A stretch of 64,000 bases of DNA from an uncultured Bacteroidota bacterium (GCA_963717445.1 OY970334.1:901798-965797); one strand, 5' to 3'. Numbered from the stretch's first letter, positions 30,493 to 41,175 are shown. Translations and numbers: made by a program. Notes: generated by a model from the letters alone, not told the origin.

Positions 30493-33114
30493 TCAGCCTT
30501 CGTTGCGGTCAATGACATCACGAATTCGCTTTATGATTTCGTTGGGGTCATAAGGTTTTTGCACAAAATCTCGTGCACCGCCTTTAAGGATCTCGGCTTT
30601 CAATCCTGGGTCGAGATAGCCGCTGGCAAAGATGATCTTTACCTTCGGTAGAATTTCTTTCATAATTTTGAACGCATCCCATCCTCCGAGCTTTGGAAGG
30701 CCCATATCGCAGAGCACGAGAGCGATGCGGTCCTTATGCTGAGTAAAAAGGTTCACTGCTTCAACACCGTCCTGAGCTGTAATTACCGCATACCCGTTTT
30801 CTTCGATGGAGCTTTTGACAAGGTCGCGGAGTATTTCTTCATCCTCAACAAGGAGGATGGTTTCCGTCCCGCCCTTCACTGGTTCGACTTTCTTAGTTTC
30901 TACTTTGTCGGATTCTCTAAATCCCGGGGGAATCGGAAAATAAAGATGGAATGTCGTTCCGTGGCCCGGCGAGCTTTCGACGTCGATGAACCCATGGTGG
31001 CTATTGATGATTCCGAACACCACCGACAATCCAAGACCCGTACCGTGGCCCAATTCCTTCGTCGTATAGAACGGTTCAAAAATACGCGCACGGGTTGCAT
31101 CGTCCATTCCCGTACCGGTATCTTTCACATCAATACAGGCATACGGTCTGTTCTCCGCCTCCGAGAATTTCATCATTAACGTGCTTCCCTCCACAACCCG
31201 GGACGTTATCGTCAGTGTGCCGCCGCTCATCATTGCATCACGCGCATTAACGCAAAGATTCAGGAGCAATTGCTGTACCTGCCCTGCATCGGCGACAATC
31301 GACGGTAGATGGCGTTCAAGATTCAGCGAAAACAAAATTGTCTTAGGAAATGTTTCCGAGAGCATTTTTACGAGCTCTGAAATTGAAGCGTTGAGGTTGA
31401 CCGATTCCAGCAGGACATCTGTTTTGCGTGCAAAGGTTAAAATTTGACGTACAAGATCCGCACCGCGGTGCGACGCTTTGCGCAACGCATCGAAACTTGC
31501 GGAGAGTTTGTCGGGAGTAAGTTTCCCTCCTTCGAGACGAGAAACATAGCCGAGAATAATCCCGAGAATATTATTGAAGTCATGAGCGATGCCCCCCGCT
31601 AGAGTACCGATGCTTTCCATCTTTTGAGCCTGACGCAGTCCCTCCTCCAGCCTTTTCCGGTCTGTAATGTCAGTCGAAAACCCACACACAGCGTACGGAA
31701 CTCCTTTTGCACCGAAGAGAGGAAACTTGTTCGCAATATATGTATGGATTCCGTCGTCGTGCGGGCCCACCTCTTCCCATTCCACCGGTGCCCCCGCTTC
31801 CAATGCCTTCCGGTCGCTCAAGCGAAACGCATCGGCAATCTCTTTGGGGAACAGGTCGTGATCGGTTTTTCCTATCACATCTTCCCGTTTGAAATGGTAA
31901 AGTGTCTCAAACCGCCGGTTGATGAGGAGGTACCTTCCTTCCAAGTCTTTAACGTAGATGATCGCGGCCGATGTATCGAGAATCGTCTGCAGGCGCCTTT
32001 CCGTCTCCCCGAGGCGACGAAGGGTGTCTTCAAGCTCTGCGTTTCGTTCTGCAAGCTGGCTGATTTTTTCTTTCAGCGATCCGCTCATTTCTTCAAACTT
32101 CTGCGCCAGAAATTTCAGCTCGCCTCTCGAACGGATATCAATCCGGTAATCATAATTTCCTCTGGTGATTTCCGCTGTTCCCTGCACCAACGATGCAATC
32201 GGTTTTGTGATTCCGTTGGAGATGATGAACCCGATGACTGCGGTGACAATGAGCACGAGAACGGACAAAACAAGGAAAGCGTTCGTCACCGGTGCAAGGG
32301 ATGCCTTTACCGCGCGCTCGGTCGGCTTCAGCAAAACATACGAGATGGCTGGGAAGCCTGTGCGGTTCAACCGGCAGAACGCGGCAACATATTTCTCTCC
32401 GCTACCATCAATGCTAAAAACCTCCGCCTTCGAGGAAATTTCGTGAGGAATAAGAGGCTGTCCGGACCGTTGCAACCATTTCTCCACTCCACTCCTTTCC
32501 GAACCATTGATGGTTGCACCGACCACTCCTTCATCAATGGCAAGAAGAATATCGGAGTTTGTCATCGACTTCACGGAGGCGATATCTTCATCACGAACGC
32601 GGAAGCCGATAGTGAGCGTCCCTACGATATCGGTTCCCACCACAACGGGAGCCGATGCACCTCTATAGACATTGCCGTTCACTTCCCACACATCGGACGA
32701 AGGTTCCATCGTCAAGGTGCGGCGGATCGATTCGAATGTCGGGATAGGAGTCTTTACTTCGCCGCCGCCGATCAACTGGACAAGCGGGGCGCCTTTAGAA
32801 TTGGTGAGGATAAAAAGGTCGCTTTTGATGCTGCTGTTGAGTTCGCGTGACAGTTGAAGGGCGGTATTTTTATCCCCAAGCTCCGACACTGCCATCAACC
32901 GGGGCGATTCAGCTATGATCTGACACGACTTGATATCTTCCTCGGAACGGAGCGAAGAGATCTCACGGACGGTGGAATAATTGCCCTGAATGTCGTCGGA
33001 AAAACGAGATTCGATTTGCGCCCTCATCCAATAATTGACGAGAACGAACGTGATCATAAGGAGGACGAGAACGACTCCCCAAATGGCGAGCAAAATTTTA
33101 TTTCGAAATTTCAT
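30493..33114 (-). CDS. hybrid sensor histidine kinase / response regulator
   Basis: The architecture is N-terminal TM plus periplasmic sensor, HAMP, PAS, HisKA (HDFNN), HATPase_c, and a C-terminal receiver domain (LLVEDEEILR...D...K). Confidence 0.85.
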   Translation of the reverse strand: MKFRNKILLAIWGVVLVLLMITFVLVNYWMRAQIESRFSDDIQGNYSTVREISSLRSEEDIKSCQIIAESPRLMAVSELGDKNTALQLSRELNSSIKSDLFILTNSKGAPLVQLIGGGEVKTPIPTFESIRRTLTMEPSSDVWEVNGNVYRGASAPVVVGTDIVGTLTIGFRVRDEDIASVKSMTNSDILLAIDEGVVGATINGSERSGVEKWLQRSGQPLIPHEISSKAEVFSIDGSGEKYVAAFCRLNRTGFPAISYVLLKPTERAVKASLAPVTNAFLVLSVLVLIVTAVIGFIISNGITKPIASLVQGTAEITRGNYDYRIDIRSRGELKFLAQKFEEMSGSLKEKISQLAERNAELEDTLRRLGETERRLQTILDTSAAIIYVKDLEGRYLLINRRFETLYHFKREDVIGKTDHDLFPKEIADAFRLSDRKALEAGAPVEWEEVGPHDDGIHTYIANKFPLFGAKGVPYAVCGFSTDITDRKRLEEGLRQAQKMESIGTLAGGIAHDFNNILGIILGYVSRLEGGKLTPDKLSASFDALRKASHRGADLVRQILTFARKTDVLLESVNLNASISELVKMLSETFPKTILFSLNLERHLPSIVADAGQVQQLLLNLCVNARDAMMSGGTLTITSRVVEGSTLMMKFSEAENRPYACIDVKDTGTGMDDATRARIFEPFYTTKELGHGTGLGLSVVFGIINSHHGFIDVESSPGHGTTFHLYFPIPPGFRESDKVETKKVEPVKGGTETILLVEDEEILRDLVKSSIEENGYAVITAQDGVEAVNLFTQHKDRIALVLCDMGLPKLGGWDAFKIMKEILPKVKIIFASGYLDPGLKAEILKGGARDFVQKPYDPNEIIKRIRDVIDRNEG

Positions 33115-33138
33115 CTAGAGAGAAGTTTCAGGGGACAT

Positions 33139-34323
33139 TTAAAAGCTTACCACCGTCTGTGCAAAAAACACATTATCGACAGGGTCTTTGGATAAATCGT
33201 ATGTCCGATTGATCTGATATCCGATCTTAAGCAATAATGCCGGATCAAATTTATAGGAAGCTGCGCCTTCCAAGCGAAACACATCGTGGTCCCAGTTACC
33301 GTTATATACTATATGCTGAAAGTATTCGTTGATTTCAGGGAGACCGCTTACACTGTTAAACGAAATTCCGCCGGCGCGGAGTGCGCCGGATAACCTCGGC
33401 GTAAACGCGTACTGCGCCATCGCTGAATAGCCGAAAGCTTTCAACTCTATATTATCGAGATACTGCCACGAATTGTCGATCACTTCCCCATCAAACAGAA
33501 AATGACCGAGGCTGAAACTGACATCTCCTCCTGCAATTTTCTGCAAATAGTTGTCGGGGCTTTTCCCAAAAAAAGCCGACGTGTCGGGGATACCATCGCT
33601 GATATTTATCACCTGGCTTTCGTCCTTCATGAATGGGCCTGCTGCGTACGATACACCGAATGTCAATCCTGTCACGGGTGTAATCGCAAGCCGTAATACT
33701 TTGCCGAAACCATTGTGCGGATCGAGGCCATTGGGAGAATACGTTCCCGTTGTGCTAATCATGCCATTGATGAGTGCGACGCTGTAATCGAGGATGCCGA
33801 TGCTGCCGTACGCTTTTACGCCAAGATCATACAAGCCTTGATCGAGCAATGAAACACCGTTTCCCGCGATTTGATATTCCGGATTAAGTGTCCACACTTT
33901 ATAATCCGATTCGCACAGCGTTGTAATATGCTCATTGATCAACGGCAAATCGAAAAACGGATTCTGCTTGGGGAACCGTTGTTCGCCGAGATTGCCGAAC
34001 GGAATATCGATCTGTCCCGCCTGGAGGGATATCCCAGTCTCTCCGATATCGGAGGCTCGGATCGCCAACAAATCGATGTGGGGAACCTGATCTTGAAGTA
34101 TCCGAAAATTGCTGAGGAACGTTATGTTGTCGGTTACGATGGCGTCGCCGAAAAGGTCCAGGCGCCACACAAACGTTCCTTTCCCGTCGTTGAAAGCATA
34201 TTGCGATTCTCCGTCATTTGCTTTCACAAAACCTGCCGACGCTTGGCCACTGACTTGAATCTGAGCAGTCAGCACCGCTGCGCATGAAAGCACTAAAACA
34301 GCAATTCGCGGCAGTCGCTTCAT
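33139..34323 (-). CDS. outer-membrane beta-barrel (porin-like) protein
   Basis: It has a signal peptide, alternating beta-strand pattern, and a C-terminal aromatic residue (F). Confidence 0.5.
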   Translation of the reverse strand: MKRLPRIAVLVLSCAAVLTAQIQVSGQASAGFVKANDGESQYAFNDGKGTFVWRLDLFGDAIVTDNITFLSNFRILQDQVPHIDLLAIRASDIGETGISLQAGQIDIPFGNLGEQRFPKQNPFFDLPLINEHITTLCESDYKVWTLNPEYQIAGNGVSLLDQGLYDLGVKAYGSIGILDYSVALINGMISTTGTYSPNGLDPHNGFGKVLRLAITPVTGLTFGVSYAAGPFMKDESQVINISDGIPDTSAFFGKSPDNYLQKIAGGDVSFSLGHFLFDGEVIDNSWQYLDNIELKAFGYSAMAQYAFTPRLSGALRAGGISFNSVSGLPEINEYFQHIVYNGNWDHDVFRLEGAASYKFDPALLLKIGYQINRTYDLSKDPVDNVFFAQTVVSF

Positions 34324-34335
34324 TCGTCGTTTCCA

Positions 34336-35028
34336 TCAATACGAGAAATTTGCGGTCGTCGTCTGGTTCTCCGTTACGGTCACTGTTCTCGTCTCAGCTT
34401 TTTTCCGGCCGTACCAGAAACTCAATTGATACGTCCCCGGCGGAATGCCCGTCAACGTAAAGTTTCCATCTTCATCCGGAGCGGTAAAAAAGGGATTTTG
34501 CAGAACAAGAATGGTTGCGAACATGTACGAATGGATTTCACAATACACGCTCACGATTCCCGGTTTGTCAAACAGCACGGACTTTTTTTCTCCCTTCGGA
34601 TAACGGCCAAGATCGAATTCTTTAGCTTGCGAGAGGGAGAAAACATTATGAAAGAGAGGATCGGAATTTGGAAAATCGACGGTCGTGCCTACAAGAATCG
34701 GAAGAACAAGAGGTCTGAATACCATATCGCGCTGGTCGAGAATCGGATGCGCGGAAGGAGGATCATAACTGCCGCTGACTGATTCTATAAAAATAACCGC
34801 TTTCTCTGAAAGGGCATACGGTTGGTCGAGAGGTTTTTCAGAGTTTTCTCCCCCGGTCTCGTAACGATTGAGTGAACGGCCGCGAATGATTTCCCCCGTA
34901 ACATCGTCTGCCCGTGAGACGGTAATTTTCCCTTGAATTCTGCCGCCTTTGTTCTGCGCTGAAACGGTAGAAATCAACAAAAGAACAACCATCAAAAGAG
35001 AGCGGCAACTCAATGATGAGGGGCTCAT
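34336..35028 (-). CDS. cupredoxin-like copper-binding protein with a carboxypeptidase-regulatory-like beta-sandwich
   Basis: YCEIHSYM is a Cys-x2-His-x2-Met blue-copper-like ligand set. GNFTLTGIPPGTYQLSFWY is a CarboxypepD_reg-like motif. A signal peptide follows the chosen internal ATG. Confidence 0.45.
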   Translation of the reverse strand: MSPSSLSCRSLLMVVLLLISTVSAQNKGGRIQGKITVSRADDVTGEIIRGRSLNRYETGGENSEKPLDQPYALSEKAVIFIESVSGSYDPPSAHPILDQRDMVFRPLVLPILVGTTVDFPNSDPLFHNVFSLSQAKEFDLGRYPKGEKKSVLFDKPGIVSVYCEIHSYMFATILVLQNPFFTAPDEDGNFTLTGIPPGTYQLSFWYGRKKAETRTVTVTENQTTTANFSY

Positions 35029-35276
35029 TTTATAAATGATTTGTCCATACAGGAAAAATATACGCTTCAATGCCGTTAGAAGCAAGAACATGCTCCGTCA
35101 AAGCGAAAAAGGTTCTGAGCAGACTTGAGACCACTTTTACGAACTATTTCTCTACGTCCCACTTTTCCAAAGCCTTATCCATCGCCTCCCTTTTGCTCCA
35201 AAAAGCTATCTGGCGCTGTAAGGCAACCTCGCGCGAGCAAGACTTTTGGAATTCCTCAAAAACTTATTTATTCGTT

Positions 35277-36638
35277 TTAGTTCTTTGCTTTTTCGAGCAG
35301 CGATTGAAGCTCGGATTCTTCAAACTTTATAGTACCCGCTGATTTTTCGAGCGCACTGTCATGCGTTTTTGCAACCCCTTTTGATTTAGCGACCATCGAA
35401 CCGAGAATCTTGTTCGATTCTTTGTCGATGAGCACAATTGTGAAATCGGATGAAACGGTGTAGAGCGTGCTATCTACACCATCATCAATTGTCGGCGGCG
35501 ATGTTTGGATCTCTACTTCCAACATGAACCGAGACATATCTACAATATGGTAACCGAGATGCGTCACTGCATCGACGACGATGGACCGGAGGAGATCGTT
35601 TACGCGAGAGAATCGCGTATCAACTTTCACACTGAAAGCCACATCAGCGTCGAGCAACATACATTCGAACATCACCAAAGAGGAATCAAGGCTGGAAGAA
35701 AATTCCCTCCCCGCAAAATTCAGGGAGAGCCGGCCCCGGAGATGCCGTCCGATACTTTCTCTCGCCGGTATTGAGCAGGCTGCGATACCCTTTGCGTTGG
35801 TTATCGCTTCACCAAACTGTTCGCCGAATGAATTCAAAAAAACAACCGAGGCACCAATGATGGGAACAACGTTTTCCTCTTCGTTGGCGGTCACCCGCAC
35901 GGCAAACGGTTCCGGAAACTTCTCTCCAATCTTCCCTTTCTGCCCGTCCCCTCCGATCTTTTCAATTCGAACGCTGGAAAGGGCGCGGCGTATATCGGAA
36001 GTTAATGCGGACGGGCCAAAGGAACGTTCAGAGAGAAGTGGCGTAGGCGCGATCGCATCGTGGAGCGCTTGCTTCGGAAGAAGATCAATCGCAGCGGCTC
36101 GAGCTTCGACAAAGTCCTGCATTGCTTCGCTGAGCCTTCCTTCGCGCAAAAACTCTTTCGCCGCATCGCGGAATTTCTTGACTTGATCCCAGCTCCCCAT
36201 TACCTGAGCGGCAATCGCTTCGGACAATTTTTCTTTGTTCAATGCCGCCAGAGCATACGTCGTTTTCGTCGACAAATCAACGGCCGTCTCTACTATTTCC
36301 ACACCGGTGAGATCTTCATCAACGACCGATGACGAACTGATTTTAAAATCTGCGTACATCGCTTGATTTGGGTCCAACTCGTACGTTTGTTGAACGTTTT
36401 TGATTTTCGGTTGCAGCTTTATTCGTACTTGCGATGCGATATCCGATTGAGCCAGACGTTTCGCAGTTTCGTCAGCTTGCTCCCCTATCCCCGACCCGAC
36501 GCCAAGGATGAATTCAGAGGCTGGATAGCGTACATGTTGATGGGAGTGGGCCCATTGCGGTATTTGCGAATAAGCGGGGACGCCTGCAACAACAATAAGA
36601 ACAACAACACAATGCATAAGCCAACGAATCGCTCTCAT
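35277..36638 (-). CDS. LPP20-like secreted lipoprotein
   Basis: The chosen start MRAIRWLMHCVVVLIVVAGVPAYSQ gives a signal peptide. The mature N-terminal domain resembles LPP20 (EFILGVGSGIGE...DIASQVRIK). Confidence 0.45.
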   Translation of the reverse strand: MRAIRWLMHCVVVLIVVAGVPAYSQIPQWAHSHQHVRYPASEFILGVGSGIGEQADETAKRLAQSDIASQVRIKLQPKIKNVQQTYELDPNQAMYADFKISSSSVVDEDLTGVEIVETAVDLSTKTTYALAALNKEKLSEAIAAQVMGSWDQVKKFRDAAKEFLREGRLSEAMQDFVEARAAAIDLLPKQALHDAIAPTPLLSERSFGPSALTSDIRRALSSVRIEKIGGDGQKGKIGEKFPEPFAVRVTANEEENVVPIIGASVVFLNSFGEQFGEAITNAKGIAACSIPARESIGRHLRGRLSLNFAGREFSSSLDSSLVMFECMLLDADVAFSVKVDTRFSRVNDLLRSIVVDAVTHLGYHIVDMSRFMLEVEIQTSPPTIDDGVDSTLYTVSSDFTIVLIDKESNKILGSMVAKSKGVAKTHDSALEKSAGTIKFEESELQSLLEKAKN

Positions 36639-36921
36639 GAGCTTCCTTTTGCCAACGGAAAAGTGTAGGGACTCATAACAGCCGGACCATTGTTCGCATG
36701 CAATGCCGTTGAAACTATTACAGTGTGGGTTGTATTCGGTGCCAGCGCGGCCCGGGGAATAAACGTAAACAATGAACCATCGTTTTGCGGTGCTCACTAC
36801 CTGGCGGGCTGATGGAAAAAGTCGAAACCATCGATGCCGGATCAATCAAAAAATAACAGACGATGCATACATCAAAAATCGCACTAACTCCGCTTCCATC
36901 CGGTTGGGAAGACGCCGTCGC

Positions 36922-37735
36922 TTATTGTGCCGTTGTAAAAGAAAACGAATACGGCGACGATAGCACATTTCCATTTACATCTTTTATTGAAGTACTCATT
37001 GTAACCGTATACTTTGTTTCAGACGCCAGCATGGAACCCGAAGGGAGTGACCAGGACAATCCCCACGAACCGTAATAGATGTTTGCATTCCCTCCAACCG
37101 AAGGAGAGATACTAAATGAAGATTGGGCACTTGTTGTGTCTATCATGGAATTGAAACGAATTGTGATGTATGGATTTAACCGCAATATGGCAGTATCATT
37201 ATTAAACGGGTACGTATCAGTCACCCGAAAATAAGGCTCCGGAGTGAAAGTAAAAGTAAGCGTTTGCCCTAAGTAATCCCCGTAGACATCATGCACAAGA
37301 GAATCGATGGATATTGTATACGCCTGCCCTACCTTGTAGTACCGATTCATAAACTTGATACCCCACCGGAAAACGGGAATTAATAATTGGATCCGACAGA
37401 GCGACAATCCAGGTTGGTGTGAGAGAAAGGGGGAAAGCGAACGTTGTCCCTTCCACCGGTGTGGCTTTATTTGTGTCGATGTAAATAGGCTGGTTTGTGG
37501 GTGAAATAGTTATGCCGTCGATAACAGATCGGGTATCCATGAGAGTACTGAACCGAATCCTCACGGTATTATCCGACAACATAATGTTTGGCCCGACTGC
37601 GCCGGGCAGCGGATCGGTCCACACAACAGTGGGAGCCAAAGCATTGGCAGTACTAGCATCGGTAGGCACACCATTGCTAGAATCGCAGCCGGCGAGCAAA
37701 ACGACGATAAGCAGAGAGAACAGATATGGCCGCAT
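36922..37735 (-). pseudogene. tandem bacterial Ig-like domain lipoprotein, split by a frameshift near a C4/G4 homopolymer (about 37360-37440)
   Basis: ORF 37289..37756 has a lipobox (LLAGC) and the first Ig-like domain. ORF 36922..37407, in another frame, continues with ...YKVGQAYTISIDSLVHDVYGDYLGQTLTFTFT and a second domain. An RBS, AAGGAGG, sits 7 nt upstream of the ATG at 37735. Confidence 0.5.
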
Positions 37736-38059
37736 GAAAACCTCCTTAAAATTCAACCTTCTCCAAGAGCGATCAAAAAATAATCAACTTCACACATCCC
37801 ATTTTTTATTTCGCCGGGGACAGCGGTGCAATTCACCTCCACGCAAGTTGAGAGGTATTGTTGTAAGATTTTTGATATGGCAAAAATTCTGGGGGATGGA
37901 AAGGCCCGGCGCACGAAAAAATCGCAACGTGTGGTATGAAATTGAAATCAACATAGAACATCCGCTCGCACAGCTTCGCAAAAACCCTCAACCGACTTGT
38001 AGACACTGTTCCGCTTTCAGCGGAACGACCTCTCAAATGAATGTCCACACAATCCTTTG

Positions 38060-38134
38060 TGGACGCTGTAGGGCTCGAACCTACGACCTATGCCTTGTAA
38101 GGGCATCGCTCTGAACCAACTGAGCTAAGCGTCC
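38060..38134 (-). tRNA. tRNA-Val (anticodon TAC)
   Basis: The reverse complement GGACGCTTAGCTCAGTTGGTTCAGAGCGATGCCCTTACAAGGCATAGGTCGTAGGTTCGAGCCCTACAGCGTCCA forms a cloverleaf. The anticodon loop is CTTACAA. Confidence 0.85.
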
Positions 38135-38384
38135 TGTTTTAAATTTGGCAACCCCTTTAGCGAAGTCCCTTTGAAGACCGAGCTAAGCGTCCAACTCATC
38201 AGTAATATATCGATCCGAAAGTCCTGATTCAAGGGGACGGTAAAGTTGCCTTCTGCAAGATGAGTTACAAGTATAGAAGGGAATTCAATTCGATTGAGAC
38301 CCCAACACAAAACGTCGGGGTCCTGAAAATGACATGGGGTTAGCGCGTCCAAAAGCAGGTCGCTCTAACCCCAGTCATTTTCAG

Positions 38385-38458
<74 letters not shown>

Positions 38459-39049
38459 CTGCAATACTATATTTTACAATATAGTATATGTATTCCTATT
38501 ATATCGTACAACATATATACAACAAATATTGCCTCCCAAGCCCATAAAATGCAATCTATCTCGCATCTTGAAACTAATTTTTTCCACGACTTCCTCGTTG
38601 ATCAGATAGGAACCTATATACTGTAATGTAAACATTTAGTTTTCTTTTTCCAATATCGATCCTCGGAAGCCAGCGTTGTACGACCAAACTCTGCCGAGCA
38701 GAATGGCAACGACGCCCAATCGGCAATTTCATTTCACCCCATGGCCTGACAACCGCACTTGAGCATTCGGTCAATTTCAAAAAGCACGTCATTAGTAGGA
38801 TCCTCAACAAGTCGTCTAGCTACGATTCTGCGAACCGTAGATTCGTAGAACGACCCCGCTTGGTCGACAGACCTCGACGAGTCGTCCACCGTAGGGAGTC
38901 TTCGACCAGCGAAGTTGGAAGACGAAGCAATCACCTTTAAATAGAAGAGTGTAGCTCCGTCCCGATGAAGACAATCGGGAATCGCCATCGTCTATAGGTC
39001 ATCGTGCCCGTACTACAGCGATTGCTTCGCAAGGCCGATTTGCGTATTT

Positions 39050-40192
39050 TTGTCGTATATGAATTTTACATCAATTTACTTTGTGTGCCTGCTTTTCCTG
39101 TTCCTTTGTTACCTAGTTCTACATCTTTACGCTTCAAAGGGTCTGCGGACGCTGCGTAGGCACGCAAAACAGCAAGCGGAAACGCAACCCGGGTTGTCGG
39201 TGATCGTCGCGGCCAGAAACGAGGAAAAATATATCGGCCGTTGTCTTCAGTCGCTCGTGACCCAGGAATACCCAGCGGGGTTGTTCGAGATTATCATCAT
39301 CAACGATCGCTCAACGGACAAAACCGCAGCCATCGTCGAGAATTATTGCGCCAGGTACGCTTCCGTTACTTTGGTCAACGTGACGTCGGTAACGTCTGAT
39401 CTCCCTCCCAAGAAAAATGCATTGAATGAAGGAATCCGCAAGAGCAAAAATGATATTCTCGTATTTACGGATGCGGACTGTGTTCCGCCGCCGACGTGGC
39501 TTGGTGCGATTGCCAGAGAGTTCACCTTTGACGTAGGAGCTGTTGCCGGCTACTCCCCCATCCAGCAGCGGTTCCCATCGCAGTTCATCGCACGATGGGG
39601 AGATTTCTTTCTCCGGTATCTTGAAATCAAGAAGTCGGTCGGGGCTGCGGCCGGGATCGGCTTGGGACGGGCGTTCATGTGCACAGGAAGGAATCTTGCA
39701 TACCGGAAGTCTGTGTTCCACGAAGTGCGTGGATACGAACAAATCAGGCACTCGATCAGCGGCGACGATGACCTGTTCATTCAGCTCGTGCAAGACGAGA
39801 CGCAATGGAAGATCCGATACATGCTTGTCCCGGAAAGCTATGTGCCGACAAACGCGCCTGCTTCCGTGGGGGCATTTATCAACCAGCACAAGCGTCACTT
39901 TTCGGCAGGCAAGTTTTATCCGATGAGGATGAAAATCATCTTTGCATTGATGCATTCGTTCAGTGCCCTCGCCTTCCTCTCGATCTTTGTCTCGCCTGCA
40001 GCCGGGGTTCTGTTGCTAAGCGGAAAGCTTTTTGTGGACGGGTGGATCTTCTACCGGGGCACGGCGCTCTTTGGCGAGAGCCGGCTACGCCGATCGCTCT
40101 TACCGCTTGAATGCGCCTCCGTGGTGTATAATTCTTTCATCGGACCACTCGGAGTCCTCGGAACATTTACGTGGAAGGGTAGGAGATCATAG
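39050..40192 (+). CDS. membrane-associated family 2 glycosyltransferase
   Basis: An N-terminal TM is followed by GT-A motifs (SVIVAARNEE, DADCV, QxxRW-like), and C-terminal TM helices. Confidence 0.7.
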   Translation: MSYMNFTSIYFVCLLFLFLCYLVLHLYASKGLRTLRRHAKQQAETQPGLSVIVAARNEEKYIGRCLQSLVTQEYPAGLFEIIIINDRSTDKTAAIVENYCARYASVTLVNVTSVTSDLPPKKNALNEGIRKSKNDILVFTDADCVPPPTWLGAIAREFTFDVGAVAGYSPIQQRFPSQFIARWGDFFLRYLEIKKSVGAAAGIGLGRAFMCTGRNLAYRKSVFHEVRGYEQIRHSISGDDDLFIQLVQDETQWKIRYMLVPESYVPTNAPASVGAFINQHKRHFSAGKFYPMRMKIIFALMHSFSALAFLSIFVSPAAGVLLLSGKLFVDGWIFYRGTALFGESRLRRSLLPLECASVVYNSFIGPLGVLGTFTWKGRRS

Positions 40193-40209
40193 AAGGTCTA
40201 ATCACAAGA

Positions 40210-41175
40210 TTGAAGGGCATCCATCTACATCCGCGTTTAGCGACCGTCCTCAAGTTCATCGTGGCGATCGGACTTCTGACGGCGCTCGTCTTCTATGTCG
40301 ATGTTGACGCGCTGCGTCAATCGGTCTTAAGAGCAAACGCGCTGTATCTCATTATCGGCGCCTCCCTCGTCGTTGCGAATCTGGGCCTGCAGTTCCTCCG
40401 TTGGCGCTATTTACTCCGGTTGATTTCTACGGAAGTGCCGGGGAGCAAAATACTTACTTCCCTTTTTATCGGCTATTCGGCCGGATTTTTCACTCCAGGG
40501 CAGGTGGGCGAGCACGGTGGGAGGATGGTGTCGCTTTCGCCCTTGCAGTCGATCCAGGTCCTGGCCATGAGCTTGATCGACAAAATATACATTCTGGCGG
40601 TAACGATCATTATGGGTCTCGTCGCCGTGTGGCTGTATTTTGAACTATTTCTGCCTCAGTATTGGACGCCGTTCTTCACTGCGGGCGTTTTTGCAGTGAC
40701 CGCTTCGTTTTTGATCGTCGTATTCTACCCCGATTTGTTGAAGAAACTCCTTCGCGTCATGCTTCACAAAGTGAGGAAATACAGAGCCGTCTCGGCTTTC
40801 CTTTTCGTGAGAGATGTGTTTCATCGGCGTCAGGCGAGAGTGTTGCTTTTTTTGACATTCCTTCTCAACGCCATCGTTATCCTTCAGTATCATTTCTTTG
40901 TGATGGCGTTCGCGCCCGTCCCGCTCAAAGTCTCGGTGCTCTGCGCATCGAACATCCTCTTTATCAAAGCGGCGATACTCCCGATCTCTCTCGGAGACCT
41001 TGGCATCCGCGAAAGCACGGCCATTTTTTTCTTCACTCGTGCCGGAATTCCCGCTGCCGCGGCGCTGAACGCTTCCCTCTGCGTCTTTTTCATCAACATA
41101 CTTCTTCCGAGTTTGCTCGGAGCGGTCCTGGTGTTGAGGATCAAAACCGCTGACAAGACGGCCGGACCGCAATGA
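40210..41175 (+). CDS. UPF0104 / lysylphosphatidylglycerol-synthase-TM-like flippase-like membrane protein
   Basis: This 8-TM protein is typically paired with GT2 genes. Confidence 0.6.
   Translation: MKGIHLHPRLATVLKFIVAIGLLTALVFYVDVDALRQSVLRANALYLIIGASLVVANLGLQFLRWRYLLRLISTEVPGSKILTSLFIGYSAGFFTPGQVGEHGGRMVSLSPLQSIQVLAMSLIDKIYILAVTIIMGLVAVWLYFELFLPQYWTPFFTAGVFAVTASFLIVVFYPDLLKKLLRVMLHKVRKYRAVSAFLFVRDVFHRRQARVLLFLTFLLNAIVILQYHFFVMAFAPVPLKVSVLCASNILFIKAAILPISLGDLGIRESTAIFFFTRAGIPAAAALNASLCVFFINILLPSLLGAVLVLRIKTADKTAGPQ

Noticed and set aside
31624-32850. 408-aa plus-strand ORF, with similar long antisense ORFs at 5192-5992, 6476-7090, 21004-21714, 21596-22315, 59545-60225, 60322-61020 and 62977-63843
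   Set aside because: Each lies entirely inside a longer, homology-supported CDS on the opposite strand (histidine kinase, EF-G, cysteine desulfurase, eda, kduD, kdgK). They are shadow ORFs with low-complexity, Arg/Ser-rich translations.
37497-38114. 205-aa plus-strand ORF across the Ig-like gene promoter and tRNA-Val
   Set aside because: It overlaps a tRNA and is antisense to the lipoprotein N-terminus. There is no homology.
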